From assembly GCA_015680685.1 (NCBI GenBank), contig MNCI01002706.1, positions 613,415 to 677,414 on the forward strand: DNA of 64,000 bases, in the 5' to 3' direction. Numbering within the stretch: position 1 is the first letter of the stretch; each line of letters starts with the position of its first letter. Below are positions 13,801 through 25,800 of this stretch, in pieces. The notes beneath the pieces are model-generated. The model worked only from the letters and a program-made list of their open reading frames with translations. It searched no databases and was not told where the DNA came from. The position numbers and the translations under genes were made by a program. This stretch comes from Gnetum montanum (taxonomy: Eukaryota; Plantae; Gnetophyta).

Positions 13801-16800
13801 GATGTCATGCCCTTATCCAATCCCTCTTGGTCCTTCCTCCTTCCTTCAAGATGTAATGATTATAGGTTAATTTTAGTTTGTGTGTGAGAAGAACCACATT
13901 ACTTCCATGATAAGGATTTATATTCATAGAAATGGAGTGATGAATGACGTAGTCTTATTGCCTTTGCACAATTACTCTTCCAATGTTTTAATAGTATAGG
14001 ACACAATTTCAACAATAAAGTTGATCCTACAAATAAGCAGTAATTTATTAATAAAAATTTCAAAAGGACTTAAAGAAATTAGGAAAAAATGTTATAGAAG
14101 AAATAGAAAATATGAAGAAATGGAAAACACATGAAGAACTAGAAAATGCAAGAGAAATGGAAAAAATATTCAAGAAATTAGAAAATTACAAGAAATTGTA
14201 AATCAAAAAATGCATAAAAATGACACTTAGTTCAATTCAAATGATCTCCCCCACGACTGAGATGGAGAATGGAGATATGGAAGATGGAATAGACTTTGGA
14301 AGTGGTAGAGGTTATTGTTAAGTGTGTGGCTACTTGGGAATCCTTGAATGTTTTGACTTGTTGCATGGTGCCAGATTGGAATGTAGAATGTATGATGTAA
14401 GGTCCTTCCCATAATGTTTGGAACGTGTTGTGTTAAGATATGAGTGAGATTCCAATAGAGAATCTTATCTCCAAGGTGAAACCCTGCTTGTCTAATCTTA
14501 GTGTCATGACATCTTTTGATGTATTCATTATGGACCTCACTCATCATGAGTGTTACCCTATGATTTTTATCTCGCACATTAAGGTTTATGAGGTGTTCTT
14601 TTTGTGCTAGGTTAATGTCTAGGTTAAGCTCACAAGCAGTATTTAGTGTACATAGTTTCGTAGTTTAGGCAACTTGCCTTACACTAATTCATACCTGGCA
14701 TAGCCTATAGAAAGCTTCCATGTGGAGTGATAGGTGTATAAGGCATTGTTAAGTTTTGTGCATCAGTCTTTCATGTACGAGCTAATTGTCTTGGTAAAAA
14801 TACATGTGAATTCTTGATTGGTTACTTTGGCTTATCCATTGGCTTGGGGATGGTAAGGTGATTAGTTTATGTTCCACCCCTAAGCATCTTATTAGCTTTT
14901 TAAAGGTAGCACTCATAATATGGGTACCATTGTCAGAAATGAGTACCCTTGGCACACCAAACCTATTTAGCACCTATTGCTCAAAGAATCTTGCTCTTGC
15001 CATAGTGCAATTAGGTATTGTTGTATTTTCTACCCATTTCATACAATAGTCCTCTACAACAATGATGTAGGACTTTTTGTTTGACATAGGTGTGATGGGA
15101 TTTATGAAATCCATTCCCACAAGTCAAATAGTTCCAATGGATGGATTCATTGTTCACGATCCTCAAGTCTTGCTGTCATCCCATCGTCACGTTGACACCT
15201 TGCACAGAAATTAACAAATCGATGGGCATCCATGAAGATTGTTGGCTCAAAATATCCTGCCTTGAGGATTTAAATGGCCATTCATTTCCTAGCATATTGG
15301 CCTCCACAAGGCTCCTCCTGAGCATCTCGGAGAATTTTTAGTTGATCTTCTTTTGGTATGCACTATTTGGACCAGGTCATATGCATAGATTTTATAGAGG
15401 TTACCTCTATCTCCGTGAGTGTTTGACTTGGTGTAGGAATTGTTGTTTCCTACGTTTGTCCCATTTCGTAGGGACATCTTGTGTGTGAAAGTAGGTGAGA
15501 TAATTTGTATACCATTGCTTGAATGCACTAGATGAAACCATTGTGGCTTTTGCAAATAATAGTTTGTTTGGGAATTGATTAGAAAGTGGCCCTTTATAAC
15601 CCTTATTGTTCCATTGCAACTAGGACAAATGATTAGCTACAACACTCTTAGTTCCCTTTTTGTCAATCATTGTTATATCAAATTTCTGCAAAATCACCAG
15701 CTATTATATGATACAAAGGCTAACTGTTGGCTTGTTCACGAAGAACCAGATTTTACTATAAATAGTGTATGTGTGAGAGATGTCTCAAGGTGGTGGTTCT
15801 CCTGGGCTCTCCCCATGGTTCGGGGGCCATGGAACACTCTGAGGTGCCCTTGGGTGACTCTCAAGTGTTAGAAAACCCATCCCAGCTTGGCGGTACCAAG
15901 CCAACAACAGGATACCCTCTTGTTGCAACTCTCTCTAAGTTCTCTTCATACTACCCTCACTTGGAGAACTACATGGCCCTGATTCTATGATGGTCGTAGA
16001 TATTTAGGCAGCTAAGATTGGATAGTTTTGGTGCGGTGCCAAGCCAAACCTTGTACTAGATCATGAGGGTTCTGGGGGCGAGGTGTCACCCCTTCTAGAT
16101 GCATCATTTCCCTTTCCACCGATGTTGTCTATAGGGTTGCTTGTGTGCTTGTTTTTAAGGTCCTTGTTTGGAGTTAGTTGTCCTTCTTGAGGTGCATTCC
16201 CATACATACATATATTAAGAAACTGTGTTGCTGCTTGCACTCTCTCTTGGGTTGCTTGCTTGTTAGAGGCATATTCCTCAGGTCTTTCACCCCAGATCCA
16301 TTGGATCTTAGTGAATTCCTTGGGGTGTTGGACAACGTCGAGGCAACGTTGTTACAGTATAACTTTTTTTAAGGTATTGGACAACGTCGAGGCAACGTTG
16401 TTACAGTATAACTTTTTTTAAGGTATTGGACAACGTCGAGGCAACGTTGTTACAGTATAACTTTTTTTAAGGTATATATCACTGCTATGAGCTCATTTTT
16501 AGTTGTGGTATAGTTTAGTTGTGCACCAACAATACATTTTTCTAATGCAATGGATGTAGTATGAGAACTTTTGATCATCCATCTATGTGAGCATGTCCCC
16601 CAATGCATAATTAGATGAAACCATCATAATGTGAAATAGTTTGGACCAATCAGGTGCTTGCAAAAATGGGTTTTCCAGAAGCTTTTGTTTGAGAAGCTCA
16701 AATGCCTTCTCGTAATCTGCTGCCTAGTTGAAGGGTTCATCCTTCATTGTAAACTCCATCAATGGTTTGACAATCTTGGAAAAATTTTCAATGAAGCGTT

Positions 16801-19800
16801 GATAGTACCTTGTGTGTCCAAGAAACGACATCATATTTTTCACCATTTGAGGTATTTATATAATCCCTTGGATGGCCTCGACCTTCTCTGGATCAACCTC
16901 AATGTCTTTTTTTGAGATTTTGTGTCCTAAGACTATGCCTTCTTGAACCATGAGGTGGTTCTTTTACTAGTTCAACTTCAGGTTCATCCCCACACACCTC
17001 TTTAACACCTATTCTAATTGGTCCAGGGCTTGTCCACAGTCAGAGCCATAGGTGGAAAAGTCATCCATGAAGACTTCAACATCATTCCCTATTTGTTTGG
17101 AATATACTTAAGACTAGGCATTGGAAGGTAGCAGGTGCATTGCACAAGCAAAAGAACATCTTTTTTTATGGAAAAGTCCCCAAGGAACTTATGAATCTAG
17201 TCTTGGCTTGATCCTCTATCACAATTTGGATTTGGTTTTAGCCATTATAACCATCTAGATAATTGTAGTATTTGTTTAGTAGATAATGGAAAGTGGTTCT
17301 TGAATGTTCCTATGTTTAGTAGTTTGAAACCAATGCAGATTTGCCACTGGCCTCTTTTCTTTGGCACAACCACTAGTGGGCCAATCCACTTGCTATCTAT
17401 AACAAGTTAGATGAACTTAGCTTTCAAGAGCTTTTCAATTTCTCTTTGGACTACTTGCTTCAATTTTGTGTTCAATTTGCATTGTGGTTGCCACTTGGGC
17501 TTCATTGCAGAATTAGTGTATATGTGGTGTTGACATATACGTGGATCGGTCCTAGTGATTTCATCATAAGATGATGCAAACACTATGGACCACATGTTTA
17601 CAACTTCTAGCAGTTGCTTCTTATGTTCATCTATTAGCTCTGCATTTATTATTACCGGTTTTCCATTCTTAAGAAAAACATATTCTAGTGATTTTGGTAA
17701 TGTTTTAAGCTTAATTGGTTCATGTACCCCCCTGCCCAATTGGTATCTTCCTCATCTTCCATTTCCATCACTTAGGAAAGTTTCTTCTTCATTTCCTCCA
17801 TCTTATCCAACTCTTCAACATATTAGCTAGTGAGCGCGTCTGTTGGTTCCATGACCATTGTGGATTTGCAACTTTTATCTATTGTCAGCCATTGGGTGCC
17901 TTTTTACTTAGTGGTTGTTGTGTATAGACACTTTTGCACACATTGATTCCTCACACAATCTAGACGCTGTGATGGCTCTTTGTCTAGCTATCTAGATTTT
18001 CTGCTTGAAGTTGCACCTTGTATCGCTGTATGCAATACATGGAACACATTTCGTCTCTATGACTTTATACTTGTTTTTCTTGAAAATTTCCAAGCATAGA
18101 TCTTTGATTCCTATCTTGGCATCAATGTTACTCAACCAAGGTCTCCCTTGCAATTATCAACATGGATCATAAGGAAGTCAAGAGGGTAGGACTACCATTG
18201 ATGGTGATCAAGATGTCATCTATCATTCCCAAGGGAATGGTGATTGATTGATTAGCAAGTTTGAGTTTGATGTTACACTTCTTTAATGGAGGCAGGTTGC
18301 AAACCTTGTACATCTCTTGTGAATTCACATTCACCTTGGAACCTGAATTCAATATTGTTTTCTATGGAGCATTACTTGTAATCTACAAGTAGATGAGGGG
18401 AATTCTAGGATTAGTTCTTTTCCTAGGAAGGTTGATTGCTTTAATCCAATTGGTTATAACATGGGTCAACATGATAATTTGTACATGGTTATTTTTGTTT
18501 GAAGGTATCTTTTGAATGATTTAAGAGGTTGGTGTGGGGTTGACAGCCACATATGCTTGTGAAGGTTTGGGTAGGCAGACATGCCTAAAGAATGGGTGCT
18601 TCTAGGTTTTATGCTTGGAACTTCTTGAGATGTCATTGACCTACTTGGTTATAGCTCAAATAGCATTTCGTTGTTATGGCTATGTGGGAATTTCACCTTG
18701 CATAGTCAGAGCAGGTGGGAAAGGATTAGGAGTGTGAGGTTGGGAGTGTTGATGAGGGTGAGAAACATATGAGGAAGATTTGGTCTGCTGAGTGGTAGGT
18801 CTGTGGTACTTTAAAGGGGAGTAGTGTTGAGCATGAGTATAGGCTATAGAGCCACTTGGAGACATAAGTTGTTGGACATAATATCCATAAGGATCAAGTT
18901 TCCTATAGGGATATTGCTACCTGGGTGGTGGCATCCTACATGACTATGGGTTTTGCCATTGCTTTTGACAGTACTCCTAAGGTTGAGGTGGAGCCTCACT
19001 ATAATAGTACTGTTGTTAAAGATAAGGTTGTTGATAGTTGCCTTAAGGGTAAGGCAACCTCTTGGGTGTTTGTCTTTTTGACAAATGTTGGATTTAAGGC
19101 ATAAGTCCCAAATTCTTGAAGATGTGACATCACATGACAATAACCCTTAGGATGTCCATATTGGTAGATGGTACAACCATCATCATCCGAATTTGTATAT
19201 GCGACCTCCACAATTGTAGTTGCTTTCCTTTTTTGTTGGTAGTAGTCCCTTCCTGTATCTTTTCTCTTTCTTTTATCCTTGTCTTTGGCTCTACCCTACT
19301 CTACTTTGTCCTTCACAATTTTCAGTGTTGATTCAAACTTTTCATTAATGGGGTCCCACATTTTATCAACCTTAGTCTAGATTTTAGTAACAAATTTTTG
19401 GATCAACAATGCTTTTTGCTAGACCCCTCTTCTAGTTGTGCCTCCTCTTTCTTTTGGTTCATAGAGATGAACCTCCTTTTTATGTAGAGATAGGTCTTTG
19501 TTGTACTCCTATGCACCTTTCCTTTTCTTGAGTTATCCTTCATTTGTTGCCACTTAATCAATAAGTCTTTGAATTTGATGGGCTTGCATCTTTAAAAGTT
19601 GTCCTTGGATATCTCTAATTTTATTTTGGAGTCCATCTATGATGAGTTGCAGCTGTTCCTTTGAGAGAAGCCATAGATTGGGCATTTGTGTATCAGAGAA
19701 TAGTATCTACCCAGGGCCATATCAAGGGATTTGTGGTTGTCTTGGTTCCACTATTCAATCTACTTCATCAAGGTGGACATTTTGAAGTACGTTTGATACT

Positions 19801-22800
19801 TGTTATTGAATGTCTCCATCTTTGTACTGCATCACCTTATAGATTCTAATTTCAAGGACCTGTACCAACTTTTAGCCTCTTTGATGAGTGTTGTATGGAA
19901 TAACTTGAGCTTTTGTTATTCACTCTCAATATTTTGCAAGACACAGACATTGTGTAAGTTTTGCAAATGATGCTGCAGATCAATATTGTAGCCTCTCTCA
20001 AATTTAGGGATATTGTTCATGTCCAATCATTCGATTTAGCTATCTCTTTGATGCTTGATTGGATATACACTACTTCCTTGATATTGTTCATACTTTTTGT
20101 AGCTTGTAAGGGTTCATTGTAGTTATTTTGTTCATCATGGTCCCTATCATGACCATGTTCCTTTTGAGGTTGCCTGCTATGCCTGTTTTCATATTTGTGT
20201 TGTGTCTCTTGATCATGTCCACTATCTCTACCTCCATCTCTGTGATGGTCTCTTTGGTCATTTCTACGAGATTGTCTACCATTGCCCCTTCTCCTTGGCT
20301 ATGCTCAGCTTCCTCAGAGCTTGATGATGGTGAGGATTAGGATGATGGAGGATCGGCTCTCCTTCCATTTCCTCTTTGGTTATCTTTGGATGACCTACTA
20401 GAAGACCTAGGCCTATAGGTCTTTTTTGTGTTGGGTCCTATTCTCCTTTTTTGGTTGCTAGCCAAGGATGAGCGTAGCCATGGATTTGTAGTGTCATCTG
20501 CATTGGAGGGAGGATTTTGTTGATTCAATTTGCTTGATTGATACTTTGTGTCCTCCTTCTTAAACTATGACGTCAATGGGATAGTAGCCACTTTTCCCTT
20601 GGCGGGTTCATGTCATGCCTCCATGAAACAATTTTTTTGAAGTTGGGCTTTAATGGGTTGATAGGGCCTGGACATCTCACCAGCCACCTTGTAGTCATTG
20701 ACAACTACTTCAAGTTCAACTCTCATGAATGCCGCCATGAGCATTGATAGAGCAATGCAATTAGGTGGTAATAAAATGTTGCCTTCTAGGTCACTCCATT
20801 GCAACTAGTCATCTTGGTGAAGGATGAAGTTGAAGTCTGGATAATAAGGATCCAGATGTGGGTAGACAACTTTGACTTGATGGTGCACTTCACCTCTATT
20901 CTTAGTTGTTCTATCACACTCCCTCATAGAATTACTAGCAGGCAGGGAATTAGCCCTTAGAGAAAAATACATTTTTGGTTATTTTGTGTGTTGAGTTAAA
21001 TAATATTATTTTTCAGGTGAGAAGTCTTTTAAGTCCTAACAGCGATTGTAAATGATTCTAACTATCTAGTCACTAGCATGAGTCCTTGGCAATGGTGCCA
21101 ATGATAAACGACAAGTGTTCCCTATGCCCAAACATACAAATCACAAGCATTCATGCGTGACTTAATCGTATTATGTGGACTGGATTAGTGTGGTATTTAG
21201 ATAGCTAAGCGTGCAATCATGGGTCATTGTCTTCACAATTGTACTTGTGTAGCTTTTAATGCACATGGTTAAGTACAATTAAGACATGATACTGATGTTG
21301 TTATGCTCATAATAAAATATTATTAAAATATAGAAATTAAGTCTAAATTAAGCTAATCCATAAATTAAGGCTAAGATATGTTAGACATTAAGCATCCTTT
21401 TTTTGGTTTACCATACACATCCTTTGTCACTGGGTTACCAAGTGCTTACTACTTGGCAAACCAAGTAAGAGCATTGCTGGGATTACTAGATGATACATGT
21501 TATGCCCGAAACTAGTCATACTTATGCTGTTATAACTATTGTGTGATGAAAAATAAATTAAGTGCATGTGAAGTAAAGAAACAAAGAAATTAAATTACAG
21601 TTGAAGAAAACATTAAACTAAGCCAAGTGTTGCAATGAACGTAAATCAATTTCATTATATTGCCATTTACGATAATGTGTTTAGGTATATGACCACTTGA
21701 ATAAGATTTTGGTCAATCAATTTGGTCAATCAATTTAAGTTAATGCTGAGGGAACTCGGTGACAAATTTTAACTTCTATGGGTACAAACTATAAGAGCTT
21801 CACCATGACTGTGACCAAACAGTGCTATAAATGTGTGGTTGGTATGTGTATTTATATAGACATTTATTGTTACTGTGTCAACGTTGATGCATCAATGCAG
21901 CAAGCCCTACGTTGACGGTGCTGTGTTGATGCAGTTGACAGAAGGCTATTTACACACATAATTTGCTGAGAACTGAAATGAATTTTTATATTGCAAGTTT
22001 AAAATTCATCATATCATCAAACTCATAGAGTTCTAGATCATCTTCAATATTAATTTCCTCCATGGTTTGGGAAGAAGTGAGCTAGACCACTTCATTGATA
22101 AGAATCACATAAGGCTAAGGAGAGGTAAAAGAAGATGCAGGGGAAGAAGAGGTTGGAGCCATAGACTTCAATTTGTTTGCATTCACCTGCTCACGTACAT
22201 TACAATCCATGGTTAAAGGAGGATCTGGGGCAGCCAAATCATTAGACATTATTACATTCAAAATCTCACCTAGAGACTCAACAATTTCAGATGTGTAGAC
22301 TGATTATTTTGCTTGCTTGAGTTGTTGGTAAGCCTTCTTCTTAGCTTCTAGTGTCTTGAAGATCTCCAACTTTTTCTTCTGTGACTTTTCCTTTGTCTTG
22401 TTGACTTCCACCTTAAAATTCTGTCTCATTGTCACAAGATTTTGTGTTGCAATTTTTTGTTTTGTTTTGTTTTTTTTTGCAGACAGAGCCTTGTTCTTAT
22501 CTGCAGTTGTGGAAGCTAGTTTTTTCTGGAATTCCTTCACTTGCCCCTCTACCATTTACAAACATACAACATCAACTGTGGCGGGTGGAAAGCCCTTGGA
22601 CTTCTTTAGCTGCAACAACTCCTTTGCTTGCTTTCCCTTCTCCAGCAATTCCAAACTTTTTCTCTGGTATTCTACAAACTGCTCCCTAATAGAGCTCTTT
22701 GATGACCCTTGGAGTTCTAGGTCTTTGAGCTTCTTGTTCAACTCATCCACCTGTGGGAAAGTGTCATGGTGGATGGACTAATTCTTTGCCAGGTCCTCCT

Positions 22801-25800
22801 CTGCCCTCACGCTCTTTATAAAACAAGCTGTGGCATAGTAATACAAGCAAACTAGAAAGAGGAGTACCTTCTTATTTGTAGAGGTGATGGTTGTCTGTTG
22901 TGCAAACCACTGCAGATCTGCCATGATTTTCTCCATGACCTTGGACTTCAACTGCTCATCACTGCACTTAGTTAAGCTTTTCCAGGTGGAGAAATTATAA
23001 ATAGATTTATCTAGAATATCTTTCTTGATGGTTGAGTTAAAGAACTTAACCATGGTCTCATGTTCCAAAAATTTATTATCTAGGGGCACAGTGGTGCATG
23101 ATCAGATCTATAGTGGTATTTTCAATGATAATTCCTCAAGATCTAACTATGTCTTTTCAGGAACCGTCATGGTTCCTTTCATCTCTTCTTCTTCATTGGC
23201 ATTTGTATCATGGTCTTCTTTTCATTATTGTAGATTTTCATAACTTATACTATGGAATTTTGATCATGGCTCTTGGTTGATCTTTAAGATCCCATGAGTA
23301 CTCTTGATGTACATCAAATCTTATTTCACGAAACAAATTTTCTTTTCTCTTGTAGATTAGGCTAACAACAAGCTGCCTATGGGACTAAATGAGAAAAATT
23401 ATAAGGTATAGGTAGCTTCCATAGGAGAGTCTCTAAAAGGCAAAAATTCAGTCACCCTAATCTTTTTTTAAATGGGGTTTTCAGAAACTTTTATCCAAAA
23501 TTAAAATATAACCTTTCGAGAGGAACATGGTGTGTGAGGACCAGCAGGGTCATTAGGAACAGCAGAAACAACAAGACCAGCGGGAACCGCAGCAAGACCA
23601 GCAAGAACAACAGGAACAGCAGAGCATCGTAGTAGCAGGAGGGCATGGGAGAGGAGGGTCAGAGGAATGCTGGGGCGGAGGCTTAGACGGACGGGGGAGC
23701 GAGTAATGGCGATGGGATGGACTCGATGTGGACGATGTTGGGCCATGGGCTGCGGGCGCTAGGTGGAAACATTGAGGCCCACACTCGAGCCGACCACACC
23801 CTGCGCCTTCGGGTCAACAAGCCCCCGAAGGAGGGAGTCTGCACCACGCAGCGGAGTCTCATCGGTCATTTTGTCTCCCGGGGTGCTTGCCCACAGATGG
23901 AGTTAATCCACAGGTGGGTGCAAGAGCAATGGAAGGTTGGTTTGGTGGGTGTTCGGAGCCTGTTCGAGGAACTACTTCTGTTCATCTTCCCGTCTCAGCA
24001 AGCTAGAGATTCGGTGCTACTAGGCGGCCCGTGGTTTTACGGGGCTCGAGGGCTAGCTTTGACCCCATGGTGCCCGGGGACCCACTGCAAGATAGACTTG
24101 TTTGCCTGGGCCTCGATATGGATGCGGATTGCCAGGATTCCATGGGAACTGTGGAACTTGGAGTTCTTGGAGAAACTGGTGGGGTTCTTTGGGGATTTCA
24201 TTACCTTCAACTGCGTCACACAATCTATGGAGCGGATGGGGTTCGCCTGTTTCTGCGTTTGGCGTAGATTGTCAGACGTGGACCTCATCAGGGAAATCGT
24301 GTTGGAGCTCCTAGGCAGGGAGGAACACGTTTAGGTTGAGTTTGAGAACTTGGAGGTTGAGCTAGGCCTTAAACGTAGAATGAAGGCCCAAGAGGGCAAA
24401 AGCGACAGCTGTGCGTGTTGTGGGAAGCCCAGACACTAGAAGGAGGATTGTTGATTTCAGAGGACGCAACCGATGCGGCCATGAGACCAAGCCAAGTAGT
24501 TGCTGGAGGGTGGCGCTTGGGTCACAGTGGGCCATCAGGGTCGACTGCATCCATCGTCCGACCAACTGCCCCCCCAAAACACCCCCAAAGAAAAATCCCC
24601 CCCATCCCCCCCACACAATCCCCACGATCGCAGGCCACCTGCCCACTACAGCCCCCCCCATCCCCACACAAACCTTTTCCCCCNNNNNNNNNNNNNNNNN
24701 NNNNNNNNNNNNNNNNNNNNNNCCCCCCGGGTGAATGGGTGAACGTGGTTCAGGGGAGCAACATGACTCGTCGGCCATTGGGGAAGGAACCCACGCCCAA
24801 GGACTCGGGGTGTAGCCCAGTGGTGCAAGAAGGGAAGAGCCGTCTCGGATGCCTGAGTGAAAGTCGATCTAGGGGTAGGCAGGCTCAACGGAATATTGAC
24901 CTGAGATTGCAGCAGACCCTCCGGGGGGTCTACTAGTGTCGCACCTCCAGAGACATATGAAGATTTTTAGTTGGAATTGTAGGGGGTAGGGTACTCCCTA
25001 TAAAAGAAATACCCTACGCATAATTGTCCGGGATGAAGATTGTGACATTGTTTGCCTCCAAGAGACCAAATTGCAAGCGATGGAATCACACCATCTCCAA
25101 TGGGATGGTTAGAAAACCCACATGCACCCCTGCTTGGGTCGGGTAGGTGGCCTTGCTATTTTGGCTCGCTATGACATGATGCTCGTCGATACATCACAAT
25201 GGACCATGATCGTCCATATCCCCTCCCAGGGGATTTGGCTGACAAACTTCTATGGGGCACAGAATTGGGAGCAACGGCTGTAGGAGATGGAACATGTGGC
25301 GGTGTTGGTGCTAGACCATTGGTCATGGATGATCGTGGGGGACTTCAACCAGTGTTTGCACTCATGGGAAAAATCTAGGGGGGATGCCCCCCCCCCCCCC
25401 CCACCCCCCCCAAAACCGGGTGCACAAGAGTTCCAAGATTTCTTATCGGTCCACTCTCCGGTGGATCTGCCTATTGAGAACTGCCAGTTCACTTGGAGCA
25501 ATTGGAGGAAAGGGCTAGACTGCGTCCTTTCCTGAATTGATTGGGTTTGCATCAGCTCCGACCTCCTCCTCCGTTTTGCCGTGCATGTTTTGGGGCAGGA
25601 AAGGGTTGCCTCAGATCATTGATCCCTAGTCTGTTCGCTCAGATTGGAAAGGCCCTGGACCCCACGACTGTTCCGTTTTGAGGCAACCTGGTTGTCTAAG
25701 TCGTGGTTAAGACTGTTAGTTGAGGACATTTGGGCAGATTACTAGCCAGGTCAAGGTGACCCCCAGAACTTCCTTAAGGATGCTTTGCTTTGATTGAAGT

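Larger units (their letters stand above)
8940..22019 (-). mobile_element. Ty3/gypsy Athila-type LTR retrotransposon (decayed; 3' LTR not found; left boundary approximate), interrupted by LINE copy B and a solo LTR
   Basis: 5' LTR 21102-22019 with TG..CA ends; PBS tggcaccattgccaaggac; gag ~20000-18950; protease NSGSKVN ~18350; RT VEVFMDDFST ~17060; RNase H LQKFDITMIDKKGTKSVVANHLS ~15650; integrase RFGVPRVLISDNGTH ~14950; accessory ORF ~10200-11130. Confidence 0.85.

Noticed and set aside
16328-16474. CRISPR-like array
   Set aside because: Identical head-to-tail units with no spacers, eukaryotic context, and the unit derives from an LTR end.
24590-24730. C/G homopolymer runs and N gaps (also 1927-1958) as special structures
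   Set aside because: These are assembly gaps at homopolymer tracts; local frameshifts there may be sequencing error.
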